DNA of 64,000 nt from Cycas panzhihuaensis (taxonomy: Eukaryota > Plantae > Cycadophyta). Positions 1-12,946 of this stretch are shown here, piece by piece. The translations under genes were made by a program, and so were the position numbers. The notes beneath the pieces are model-generated. The model was not told the DNA's origin and did not search any database. It worked only from the letters and a program-made list of their open reading frames with translations. Numbering within the stretch: position 1 is the first letter of the stretch; every line of letters begins with the position of its first letter. The stretch is from positions 177,141,741 through 177,205,740 of the forward strand of contig CM041465.1 in assembly GCA_023213395.1 (NCBI GenBank), in the 5' to 3' direction.

Positions 1-1164
1 ATTAAAAAAAAATTAAATTGATGTGAAGACTACTTTATTAAATGGAGACCTGAAAGAAAAAGTATACATGTATCAACCAGAAAACAAGCTCTCAGAGAAT
101 GGTATACAAAACTAAATAAATATCTTATTTACAATAATTTCTGCATGTGTGAATTCGATCCAAGTCTATATATAAAAATCAATATGGGTCTAATATATAT
201 AATAGTAGTATATGTAGATGATATGCTCCTTACAAGAAGTGATACATACTTAATTGTATCTATAAAGAGCTAATTAGAAAAAGTCTTTGGAATGACTAAT
301 CTTAGAATGTTACATCATTATCTTAGAATTGGAGTAACTCAATTGAAAGATTCAATTATCTTATCTCAGTCTAAATACATCAAAAATATGTTGAAAAAAT
401 TAAATATAAAAAATTATAGCAATTGTGCCACACCTATGGAAACAGGTTTTACGTTAAATCATGATACAGATGGTCATGTAGTGAATGCAACTACAAACAA
501 AGAACTAATTGAAAGTTTGATATAACACACTGCTACAAGACCTGAAATCTCTTAGTTAGTGTAATTTCTAAATATATGTAAGAACCCAAGACATCACATT
601 GAAATGCAATAAAGAGAATACTCAGTTATTTAAAAGGAACAATAAATCTGAATTTGAATTATGCAAGAATTAATACTATGCAGCTAACAAGTTGTAGTGA
701 CTTAGATTGGGTAGGAGATAGAATAGATAGAAAGTCTACAAGAAGATATTGTTTCTCTTTAGGTTTAATAGTGATGTCTTATAACAACAAAAAGTAGTCC
801 ACAGTTTCTTTATCCTCTATTGAAATTGAACACAAATTAGTAGTAACTGTGACTTGTAAAGCTGTCTGGATTAGACAATTATTGAAATATCTGGGTCAAG
901 AATAGAATATTCCTACCATTCCATTTTGTGATAATCAGAGCACAATTAAGATGACCAAAATTCTTATTCTTTATGCCAGAATGAAGCATATAGATATTCA
1001 TCATCATTTCATAAGAGAGAAGGTTCAAAATAAGGAAATTAATCTAATACATTACATATCAAATGAGAAAGTTGCTAACATATTTACAAAACCACTAAGC
1101 AAAGACAAATTTTAATTATTTAGAGACAAATTTGGAATAAAATAAATAAAACATTAAGAGAGGG
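1..1164 (+). mobile_element. Degenerate Ty1/copia RT-RNaseH 3' region ending in PPT (LTR follows at ~1165)
   Basis: Broken frames read DVKTTLLNGDLKEKVYMYQP, IVVYVDDMLL, MTNLRMLHHYLRIGV, CSDLDWVGDRIDRKST, MKHIDIHHHFIREKV and IFTKPL. Purine tract TAAGAGAGGG at ~1155-1164. Many stops and frameshifts. Confidence 0.9.
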
Positions 1165-3317
1165 CATTAAGATTAGTATTTTATTTAGACATTATTGTAC
1201 TACTCTAATATTTCTTTATGAGAGTTATGTGACATTCCCTCTTTTCTCCGCCTGTGACAAGTGGCACACATGGAGTCAACCATGTCCAAGGTTCATGTAA
1301 TTCATATTGTATTTATAGAGGGATTTTCCTGATTAATAAAATGAGCATTCCTTGAGAGTTTCACATTAAATTTAGAACAATTTTCATTTCATTATATAGT
1401 TTTCCTTTTTACGTAGTAAGAATAAGTGTAGTTCATATGTTTTGAATAAAGTTAGAATAAGATGTTACTTTGAATCACCCTTTGGCGGTAACTTGAAATA
1501 AGGAGGTTTATGTTATACCCCTTCAATATGCAACACTAAAAATTATAGAGTAAAAATTGCAAATGGTGGTGTTGGTTTGTTGGGTTGAATATACAAAAAG
1601 AGAGTGACATTCAGTAAGGGGGTAAGTTGTGGCAAAAAAGTATCAAAAAGGAAAAACATTCATGTGAAACTACTACAATATACTTTCTTGTAGAGGATGA
1701 TTATTACAATCATATAGTGTTGTTCTAAAGGGTTTGATAGAGAAAAGCAATCTTACGGGACAAACTTCTTCAGGGATGATAACTTATGTGAAAGGTCAGT
1801 TCCCCACCTATGAATTGGAGGAAGTGGAAGATAACGGGCAAGCACAACAAATAACTCATAGGAAAGGCCGCCTATAGGACATGAACATTGTGGGCGAAGA
1901 AAGCTATGGACAAAATATTTCAATGGAATACATTGCTCATGGAATTGGAAGCTTATGGGGAAATAATCTCTGGGAAGGTGTATTCGTAAGATTTGTAGAG
2001 TGCAAAAACAAAAGACAATATTCTATATCAATCATCAGATGAATTATTTCCTCACAAATTTCTATTATTGTGAATATGAATATCAACTTGTAGTTCTATT
2101 ACTAAATTATTCAACAAAAGTGAAGTGAGCAATTGCACATCATGTGCACATGTAAAACAAGAATCCTACAAGATAAGACTCCCACTACAAGATATTAGAA
2201 TGAACAAGATCAAATATAAGTCACTGCTCTTGCGAATGTAATAAAGTCATCAACGCCACTAACACATAAATGAATATAAGATGACAAGCAATCTATAAGG
2301 AGTAGGTGCACATTGGCAAGGCTAATAATTTGTAAGTTGGCCATGGTATGCACCTTAATGCTCACCTTCCATGTCTTGATTGAATTTGATATGAAATGGG
2401 ATTGAGGAATATCTAGAAAGGACATGTCGGGTGAGTAAAATTTCCATATATAAAGCCAGAAGGAGTGGTGAAAGGAGATAATGTTTTCTCCATATAACAG
2501 GTGTTGGTAAATAAGGGACAACATGTAGCACATAGTTAACTCCACGATAAGTTTAAAGAGTACAAATGTTGACAAGTATGATGCAAATTAGAGAGGCAAT
2601 AGTCAATCATGTGAAATTAATTAACTCAAATTGAACTTGTACCTAACCAAATCAACTTAAATTAAGTTGGTACTTAACGTAAAGAGGTTAACTTACTCCC
2701 ATGCTCAGCCTAAAATTATAAAGCCTAATAGGAATAAAGCCAAATAGAATGGCTAGTTGTGATAAAAGAGGGGTAGGACATGGCCAATAAATTGCGTTTT
2801 CATCAATTTCACTACAAATTGACCTTTTCGCCATCTCTATGGATCTAATAAGTAAACAACATCCACAATTAAGCACTTGATTGTTGAAACAAAATTAGTA
2901 CAACACCTATATTTTGGCAAATTATAAATCAAAATGCATGCTCCTATTTTTTTGAAAGCGGAAAGAATTTTGAGTAATAGCCAACTAATTTTTTGCCATA
3001 ATAGCTGCTTTAGTATATAGGACTACGAACATATTGCTAATGACAAATCATACAAGAAAACAATAAAAAGGAACATACGCAAGAAGGGTATAGGTTCTTC
3101 TGGTTATTCTTTTCGGAATTCCCCTTGGTTGATTTTGGGAGGAGGTTCTCTTCTTAGCTCTACCTAGATAAAATGTGGTCAAATATAGCTTACTACCTCT
3201 TTTTTGTTATTGCATTCTCCAAATTACTAGGCATGGTGCTTCTAGAGCAAATTTTTTAATCTCCTCCTTCCTCTATAGCTTTTTCATTTTGTCTTTCCCC
3301 TCTATTGTATGTAATTA

Positions 3318-3397
3318 TGAAGAAGAATTTGTATTTATTAGACTCAAAAATCTACAGTGAAGAAGAATTTGTATTTATTAGACTAAAAAATCTACAG
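3318..3397. repeat. 40-bp direct tandem duplication (2 copies, 1 mismatch)
   Basis: TGAAGAAGAATTTGTATTTATTAGACT(C/A)AAAAATCTACAG at 3318-3357 and 3358-3397. Confidence 0.9.
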
Positions 3398-4409
3398 GTG
3401 CTTCATATATACACAAACAACTTTTAGAGACCAATGAGATTTCTCCTTTAAGTTTGCATCAGACAAATTTTTTGGGTAGTAATTAGCGCTCAATAATTTC
3501 TTTGTAATCAATATTTTTAGCAAATCAATATTCATATCATTGTAATGCAATTCATTTTCTAAGAAAGAATAAGATTGCTTCATTTGTTTTCAAATTTCTA
3601 TTGACATGGTTAAGCGGTTTGATGGTGAGTGAGTTGTTTCACTTGAGGATTAGAAGAATTTTGTGCTTGAGTTACTATGTTTTAAACTTTTCTCTCATAA
3701 TCTCCTTGAAGTTCATCGTTAAAAATTATGTAAATGTATGCTTGGCAATGCTAGTTACATTGCATCATTTAATCTTGGGTTATTGAGGGCATACAATTCT
3801 CTTTTGTTTCCCTCATATGTTGGTATAAATGAGAGGTTTTGTAAGTGGCTAGCAATCTAAGACTATTTGCATGTTTATCATAATATCAACACCTTTGGTT
3901 TTTGTTCCTTTTATGCTCTTCTTTCTCATGTATCAAACATAATGAAAGGCTTTATGAGTGGAGAGCAATTTATAACTACCCAAAAGTTGGTACTAGACCA
4001 ATACACCTATTTTACATCTCTAAATATTGGTATTCCTTAATAGATTTGTATGACGCTAACAGAGCATGACTACATCAAATCTATCATGGTGCCATCACTG
4101 TTGTTTTGTCAATTATTTTACTTTCTTTCCTTTGCATTTGGAACGTCACTACACAATGGTCTTTGTTTGTTGGTTAAGTCTAGAATAATCAAGACACTAA
4201 CTCCTTCTGCTATTGGATTCATGCAACAATAAGATGGAGCATTGAACCTATCTATGGTAGATTATATTCATAGGGCTCATTATTCCTAGGTATTAGTTTA
4301 ATCTACTCTAGCATTCCACACTATCCTAGTATTAGCCCTTCAAATGCATAAATTGATTTATTATAAGATACTTTGGACTAGGTACTAAGAGTAGTTTAAA
4401 CGAGGAAAC

Positions 4410-7400
4410 AACATGGATAATATGCAAAACTAAATTGCAATTTGTTGTCAAATCTCTTCCAAAGTATCCTTCAAAAATGGCTTAACAATTTAGTATCTCT
4501 ATCACTTATAATTATTTTAGGTATTCTATGTAATCTTACAATTTCCTTAAAAGATAACTTTATAATCCTACTCACATCGCTTATTTTCTTACAAGGAAGA
4601 AAGTGAGCCATTTTTTCAAGTTAGTCCACTATTGCAAAAACTAAATCATTTCTTCTTTGTGTAAGTGGTAAATCTAACGCAAAAACCATTGAAATATCTT
4701 CCCATGGCCTCTCTAGTATGGGTAATGTTTGATACAAACCTATGTTTTGCTAGCTCCCCCTTTCAATGTTTGACTTATTTTATAGTTTAAAATGATCTTA
4801 CCCACATCTTTCTTCAAGTGTTGCCAATAAAACTTTTCACTACCTGGCAAATATGTTTTGTCTCTACCAAAGTGACTTTCCAATCTATATGAATGCATTT
4901 CCATAATCAATTACTCCCTTCTTGATCTGATAAGAACATATAACTATGATCCTTTAAATATGCAACCATCATTTATTATTTATTCATCAAAATTTTCCTC
5001 ATCTAAATCTTCTAAATGAGTTAATATTTCATAAATTTTATTGAACTATGGGTTTATTGCATATTCCTTTTTCATTTTCTCAAAACTAACTATTTCACTA
5101 CTTATTGTAATAAGCAAATGTTTTCTCATGTCCAATACATGTGCTATTATTCAATTTGCCACTTATATGTTGTACTGCAAAGTTGTAACTCTACAAAAAT
5201 AACACTCACTTTACTTACCTCATAAGCCAATTTTGCTTGTGAGTTAATATACTTCTAAGTTTGATGATCAAACAATTGAATGAATTCTTTATGCAAGAAA
5301 TAATACCTCCAATGCCTAAGCATTTGTAAAATGGCATGCAACTCTCAATCATAAGTGTTGTACCTTCTCTTTGCATAATATTTCCAAACCTAATGCATTA
5401 CACTAAACAATAAATGGCTTTTCAAAATTTGGAAGTGTAAGAATAGGTGTTGCAATTGCCTTCCTTTTTAACAATTCAAAACTTCTATCTATTGTTTATG
5501 TCCATATGAAAGACTTTTCTCTTATACAATCTATCATAAGTGCCCAAAAACTACCAAAATTTTTATAAACTTCTTATAGAAGTTTACAAACCCATGAAAA
5601 CTTCTTACTTCTATAATGCTTTGGCCACTCCAATATGGCTCTAACCTTCTATGATCTATGATTATGCCTTTGCTAAAATCACATTACCAAAAAACACAAG
5701 TTTCTCTTGACAAGAATAGCTCTTTCCAAGGTTAATGAACGACTCCTCTCTTAGTATGTTCATTACCATCATAAAATGATATGTATTTTAATATAGACTT
5801 TTGTTAAAAAGCAAAATATTATCAAAGTACACTATGACAAACTTTACTAATGTACTTTTTAAATACATGGTTCATGGTCCATATCAAAGATTAAATGGCA
5901 TCATAGCCCATTCATACATCCTCTCCTTAGTTTTAAAATCTATCTTCCATTCATCACTCTCCCTTATTCTGAATTGATGATATCCACTTCTTAAGTCAAT
6001 CTTGGAAAACACTTCAGCACATACCAAATAGTCCAACATATCATCTATTTTCAAGATGCGGTACTTGAACTTCATAGTTATTTTGTTCAAAGCCCTAGTC
6101 AACACACAACCTCCATTTATCTCATTTCTTTGGTGTTAATACTGCAAATTCAGCATAAGGACTCGTGTTCTTGAATGAAGCCATTTTCAAACAATTCATT
6201 AATTTGCTTCTTCATCTCCTAATTTTCCATATGTGTGAGCCTATGCATTGGCTCATTTAACAATCTTGCTCTTAGAATGAGGTTTATTTAATGTGTTATT
6301 CTCCTTGATGGAGGTAAACCACATGGTTAGTCTATTATATTCTTGTATTCTTCTAATGAATCTTTGATAGACTTTGAAAACTCCTGTGTACTTACAACCT
6401 CCTCTTCTCATGGGTAAAGGAAGTAACACTAATCTCCTTTATTTTCTTTAGTAAATTCCTTCCAACTCAAAATATATAAAACAGAAATCTTCCCCTTCTT
6501 TTCTTTCCTAAAAAGTTTTAAATAATATTTATTTTCATCATGTAGTAATTCATATGTATTCTACGTACCATCATCAAGTACTCGTCTATCATATAGCCAA
6601 GGTCTTCTCAATAATAAATGAAATGAATCCATTAACACCACATCACATTGAACCTTGTCAATAATTAGTCCAATATTAAACTCCAACATACATGCTTTGT
6701 CTATCACCAAGCCATGTTCTCTCTTGAATTATGAAGTCCTATATGGATCTAATTTCGTTATACATTGAAGTTGTAGTCTCTAAACCAAGTCAACACTTAC
6801 TAGGGCTTTTGTTAACCATTTGACAACAATCACCTTATAAACCTTGTCCTCATATTTGTATTTCATTCTAAAAATACTTTTTCTCTCCCAATCCTCCTCA
6901 AATGTTTCATCCTGATTCACCATCATGTTTCTTAACATTAGCAAGCATTCTTTTATTTTAGCATGTATTCCCATATTGTCTGTCTCTTAGATCATCGTGA
7001 TCTTGTTCTTGATATTTAGATTCATAGGCTATTCCAATAGCTTATGACGTCATTTGCATACCCAACACTTTAACAGTCTCCTATAATCAATAATAAGTTT
7101 ACCTCTACCTCTATCTCTAAAATTAGTCATGAATCCTTGATATTCTCCTTTGGATTTCTCTCCACTTATTATCCTAATAAGACCAGCTTAACCCTCACCA
7201 TCCATCTAAGGGCATCTACTTCATTTCCCTTCTTGAGCAAAAGGCTCATCCCTTCTCACTATGGATCTTTTGCCTTATTTTCTTGAATTTTTCTCTTCAA
7301 TTTTCAAAGCTAATTGATATATTATTTCAATTATTTACATACTAGATAAGACCAATTCATCCTGAATTGTAAAATTCAATCCATTCAAATATTGGGCAAT

Positions 7401-7830
7401 TGATTGCTTTTCATTGTCATCAAGACCACTTCTGATAGACAACTTATCAAACTCATCCATGTACTCTTGTAGACTCTTATCCCTTTGCTTCAGATTTTGG
7501 ATTTATCTAAACAACTCCTACTTATATGCTATTAGAAGGATTTTTTTTTTGAGCTTAGACACCATACAACTCCATATCTTGATGTTGTCTTTGCCATATC
7601 TGACTCTTTTGAGTTGCAAATGGTCCCATTACATGGCAAGAGGATTAGTCGACTTCATACTTGTAAGTTAATTTTTTTTAAGAACTCAAATTCTCCCCTT
7701 TCAAAGAAATTTTCAAGAGCACTAATCAAATGAATAAACTCTTTTATTTTCAATTTTCCATTGAAGGTTAGAACTTCTGTTTCTTATGGATCCCATTTTA
7801 TTTTCCTTCAAAATTTATCTTAATACCTTT
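4410..7830 (-). mobile_element. Degenerate Ty3/gypsy gag-pol relic (gag-PR-RT-RH-INT), interrupted at 7836 by a younger insertion
   Basis: ORF 5884-6105 reads VFSKIDLRSGYHQFRIRESDEWKIDFKTKERMYEWAMMPF (gypsy RT). Integrase WEDISMVFALDLPLTQRRND..MAHFLPCKK at ~4580-4710. ORF 6780-6974 resembles the gag-protease linker. Confidence 0.88.
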
Positions 7831-9245
7831 AATGGTGTAGGAAAAATAAATGCACATACTCGACCAAGAATTTGAAAAAAAAACTCAAATAACTAACTTG
7901 TTTATCAAATGGTCAAATGTGTACACATATAACTCAAGGTTCATGATTGTTAATAGTTGTTATATAACCACATAACTACCCACTAATTACTCATTAATTA
8001 AAGTTAATAATGACTTATATTAAATTAATTATTATCTTCTGACACCCCCTATAATGTTTAATTTGTTATGATAAAAAATTGTACCAAATACAACCTATAT
8101 TCTCCTTATACTTCACCATTAAATTGTATCACTTAATTTGCTTATACATGTGCATTTATCTTGAAAATGTTGTTGATGTTCATATAAAAATATCACCATT
8201 CACCAAATCATATGGATAATTAGCCTTTATGCTTGTTGGTCATCTAAGTAATGCCTCCATGAAAATGATTCATCAACATTGAATACATCTTCATCAAATC
8301 CACCAATGTGTATCACGAGAGTAGGCCAAACTACCTAACTTAACAGATACCTGTGGATAACTCAAGCACATAAACTAAAAATGATGATTTTTCCTTTTGT
8401 CCTATAAAACTCAACATCGAACATTTGACCAAAACATAGTCACCAATATCATCATCGACCTTGTGGTTAAAAACCATCACAAATAGCTTTTTTAAGCCAA
8501 AGCACACAACAAACAACCCTTATATTACAAAGGTATACATCATTAAGCAGTACTTTAAACTACCATAACTTGACTCAAAATAATTACTACTATGGGGGTT
8601 CATAAAATCTTCAAACTCACTCTTTCTATTTTGTTGCAACATCTTCAATCTCCTCCATCATCTGTTGTCTTCTCCTTTTTGTCTTTAATTCTCTTATGAT
8701 ATGTGCTCAAGGTCATATATCAACATAAAAAATTATTATATGACTAATTTTAGCTAGCTAGGCCTATAAATAACTAGCCAATACATAAAATAAAAAAAGA
8801 CATGCAACTTCCTTATTATTTAGAATGGTGTAGATAATACATCATTCACTACCTTATTCGTAGTATTACTCCATAGCTTACAAATCAAATTATAAGTCAT
8901 TGATTTTAATGAGCGTCGCTTGTTAGACAATTGCATGTAGGTGTTCTTATGGGCTTTCTATCAAACATTTGGCATTCAAGCTCACTAGAGCATTTCGTCT
9001 TACAATTGTTGGGTATATTTTTAGCTAGCAACATATATAAGACATATACGGGAAGGGATCTTCTTAATGTTATTTCTTACACTAGAACATCATAATAATC
9101 CAAACTTAGTATAAAATTCAAAAGAAAATGTACCTTTGGTCACAAATAACTATAAGACTTCTTCATCAAGAATAGTTTTTAAAAAGGCATGATATTTTTT
9201 TCTATTTCAACCACACCAACCATATCTAGGCCTTTCTTATCAAAC

Positions 9246-9412
9246 CTTCCAGCAAAGCATCCAAATAGGAAGATTCATGAAGATAATATGGGCAACACAA
9301 CCACAAAGCTACTAACTGTTATAAATATCTTTGATCTTGCTTCTTCAATAGTTGAAGCAATAGCTTCAAACTCAACTTTCCCATCAATTAACTATTCAAC
9401 CTTACTACCATC
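9246..9412 (-). pseudogene. PLDzeta: Captured internal fragment of PX/PH-type phospholipase D (PLD zeta), degenerate
   Basis: Reads DGSKVE*LIDGKVEFEAIASTIEEARSKIFIT and, after a frameshift, CPYYLHESSYLDALLE. Plant PLD zeta has DGSQAQWFIDGxAAFEAIASSIEDAKSEIFIT...RRPFxxHxSSRLDxLLE. Confidence 0.8.
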
Positions 9413-9954
9413 AATACTCTTTCTTACCTCTAATGTTGTTCTCGCATTTGCGTAAGTAGCAATTTTCATTCCAATGTAACCAGATAGAATAGATGTCAAA
9501 GAACTAAGTAGGAAGGATATTGAAGATAGCATCATCAAGAGTAGGCTTGCATAATTTTTCTTTGTCAAAATGTGCAAGGTTAAGTCTTTGTACCAAAGTT
9601 CTCCACTAAAACAAGAAACAAAAAATACGATGACTATAAAGCAAACCATGAAAATGCCCATGTATTGGTATTCAACAAATGAAAAAAATGAGGTTGCTCC
9701 GACTAAAATGACATTCTAAATTTTTGCAAACTTGACAACAACATTGTGATCATTAAAACCCTCCTCCTCCTCGATCAAGTAATCGTTGTAGTTATTCTTG
9801 CTATTATTATGAATGTTTGTAGTATGGCATTTGGCACTGCACTGGAAATGACCTTCACATGAGAAACCAACAACCACTAGATCAAGATGAACACAACCAC
9901 CACAATGGGGATAAGAATCTTTGTCAGTAAGTCGCTTAATATACCACACCCCAC
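9413..9954 (-). pseudogene. AVP1: Captured 5' fragment of type I vacuolar H+-pyrophosphatase (~first 180 codons), degenerate
   Basis: Reads (V)[101 protein letters not shown]. This matches the conserved AVP1 motifs [19 protein letters not shown] and GMKIATYANARTTLEARK. Contains stops and frameshifts. Confidence 0.93.
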
Positions 9955-10632
9955 GGTTCGAACAAAATAACAACAATTCCATTAGACTTTGGGAGGATTT
10001 GATACTCGTTGGGACTTGATATGCTTGCACTTTGAGTGCTCCTAGAGATAAAATTTATTAGGAAAAATAATACCCAATTTATATCCTTTAATAGTCTTCC
10101 AAGCTATCAATTTGTCTACCTATGTATTTATTCCCAAACAAATCCCTATTAGAGCTGCTCCTATTAGGAGTCGAGACAATTTCTTGGATGGAACATTAAA
10201 CATGTTTGTAGGACAACATTTTGTCGAAGAGATAAACTTTGGCAAAGATAGAAGGCATCTTTTTTAGTAAACTTCTTCAAGTATTTGTAGCAAGCAATTT
10301 GTTCAACCTCCAATGCTTCACTAGTCACTTAGATCTTCAACGGAAAAGCCCTTCTCCTTGTTTGTTAATCACTTCCACTTGGCATCATTGCCACATAGAC
10401 CCTCGCACCATTATGAATACTCTACTCTAACACCTACATGAAATTTAGGCATCTCCTTGTGCTTTGACCTCTCACTCTTAAACCTAAACCTTTTAATAAT
10501 AAACTTAGGGGGCTCATAATTCTCTCTTTTGGGCATGTCGTTGCTTGTCGAAAAAAATGCTCGACCTATGAATCCTCTCAGTCAAAAGCAACCTTTGCGA
10601 GAGCACTTTAGCAAAATCATGACCATCCCTAT

Positions 10633-10990
10633 TGTTTGAGAACATGAAATCATACACAGATGTTCTCAACCGCAGGATCTTTAACGATATACAGCAAGCC
10701 ACAAATTGAAAATACAGAAAACAGATGCACAGAACACAGGATATATGTGGGAAACCCTTTCGGGAAAAAACCCACCACAAAAGGATCCTCAAGGGATCAT
10801 TAATTATTACACAATGAACTTGAATGATCGAATACAGAAGGCCTCAAGGCATATATACTCTCCAAGAGGTGTCACCTGTTTAGGGTTGTGACCCTCCGAA
10901 TAAATCGCACATTTTCGCTCACACATTTTCACATAATTAAACCACATTAACATTAATTAAGTGGCTTAATAATTAACTGCCACGCTAACA
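10633..10990 (-). repeat. Copia LTR-A (3' LTR, 358 bp)
   Basis: TGTTTGAGAAC...GCTAACA, adjacent to PPT TCCCCCCTTAA at 10991-11001. Confidence 0.95.
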
Positions 10991-12627
10991 TCCCCCCTTA
11001 ATGTGAATGTGGGGAATGCAACGTCGCAGGTTGAATTATCACGAAGGCTGGGACCTCCTGCGCCTTCTTTATCCTTGTTGATACATCCCCCCTCAAGGAT
11101 AACATCGGTGAGTCCTAATCCGGTACGCATCTTCGTGAATTGGTCTTCAGTGAAAGGCTTGGTAAATACGTCCGCAAGTTGTAATTCACTCGGACAATAG
11201 TCGACCTGCAGTTTTCCTGACTTGATCAGCTCACGAATGTAATGGTATTGAACCTCGATATGCTTTGTACGTGCATGAAACTCTGGATTCTTCGACAGAC
11301 GAATGGTACTCTGATTATCAACAAAGAAAATCGGATGTCCATTGGAAACGCCAAGAAATTCCAAGAGACCTTGCAACCATACTGCTTCTTTCACACTAGC
11401 ACTGAGTCCTTGATATTCTGCTTCTGTAGAAGATAGCGCCATTGTCTGCTGCTTCTTCGACTGCCACGAAACAAATCCATTGCCAATACTAAACAGGTAT
11501 CCAACAGTGGACTTCCAATCATCAGAATCTCCTCCCCAATCAGCATCCGCGTAACCATACAACCTGATCTTCTCACCTCTACGGTATTCAAGACCAAGAT
11601 TGCTTGTCCCCTTTAGATATTTCAAAATCCGCTTTGCTGCTACCAAATGAGACTCTTGTGGATTCTGCATGTAGCGGGAAACCAATCCAACAGCGTATGC
11701 AATATCTGGCTTGGTATGAGTCAAATAAGTAAGACTCCCTACCAACTGGCGATACTTTGTGCCATCTACAGAAGGTTGGGCCATATCCTTCTGTAATCTT
11801 GTGCATTTGACACATGGTGTTGCAACAAGTTTGCAGTACTGCATCCCAAATCTCTCGAGTAAGTTCTTCACATACTGCGACTGCAACAACACGATCCTAT
11901 CTTCCATCTGCCTGATCTAAATGCCCAAGAAATAGTGAAGTTTTCCAAGATCCGTCATGTCAAATGAAGCTCCCAAATTGGATTTGACTTCGACTATAGC
12001 CTTGCCACGATTACCGCCAATGATTAGATCATCCATATACATCACGCAAGCAACTACGGAAGTCCCTCTTCTTTTCACATACAGGTTTGGGTCAAGTTCT
12101 GAAATTTCAAAACTTTCAACTTTCAACTTGGCATCCATCTTCTCATACCAAGCACGGGGTGCTTGTATCAGGCCATAGATTGATTTCTTCAGATGGCAAA
12201 TAAGATGCTCCTGGCCATCCTTAATGAATCCCAGAGGCTGCGACATGTATATCTCCTCCTTTAAATCCCCATTAAGGAATGCGAACTTAACGTCCATCTG
12301 GTGTAACTCCCAATCTAATGCAGCTGCTAAGGAAATGAGTAAGCGAACCGTTGTCATTCTAGAGACTGGTATAAACGTCTCTTCGTAGTCAATTCCTTCT
12401 TTCTGCTTGAATCCCTGCGCAACAAGTCTAGCTTTGTACTTGTCCACCTCTCCATCGGAGTAGAACTTTGTCTTATAGACCAACTTACATCTAACAAGAT
12501 TCTTCGACGGAGGTAGTGGAACCAAATCCCATGTATCGTTCTTCATCAAAGAACCATACTCTTCCTCCATTATAGCTCTCCATTGTGGATCTTCTTTCGC
12601 TTCAGCAAATGATTCAGGATCACTGGA
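10991..12627 (-). pseudogene. Copia RT/RNaseH, partial duplicated copy
   Basis: ORFs 11917-12570 (KARLVAQG, HQMDVK, YMDD) and 10966-11907 (YADADWGG, TKHIEV, ADVFTK), separated by TAG. Confidence 0.95.
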
Positions 12628-12946
12628 GCAGGATCTTTAACGATATACAGCAAGCAACAAATTGAAAATACAGAAAACAGATGCACAGAACACAGGATAT
12701 ATGTGGGAAACCCTTTCGGGAAAAAACCCACCACAAAAGGATCCTCAAGGGATCATTAATTATTACACAATGAACTTGAATGATCGAATACACAAGGCCT
12801 CAAGGCATATATACTCTCCAAGAGGTGTCACCTGTTTAGGGTTGTGACCCTCCGAATAAATCGCACATTTTCGCTCACACATTTTCACATAATTAAACCA
12901 CATTAACATTAATTAAGTGGCTTAATAATTAACTGCCACGCTAACA
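12628..12946 (-). repeat. Copia LTR-B, lacking the 39 bp nearest the U5 end
   Basis: Begins abruptly at GCAGGATCTTTAACGATATACAG, fused to internal pol sequence ...CACTGGA. Nearly identical to LTR-A. Confidence 0.95.

Noticed and set aside
2688-3040. Possible hAT transposase relic (TPLLSQLAI)
   Set aside because: Too short, with no TIR or TSD found.
10706-10891. 61-aa ORF repeated in the LTRs
   Set aside because: TTG start, antisense to the element, and recurs only because the LTRs are copies.
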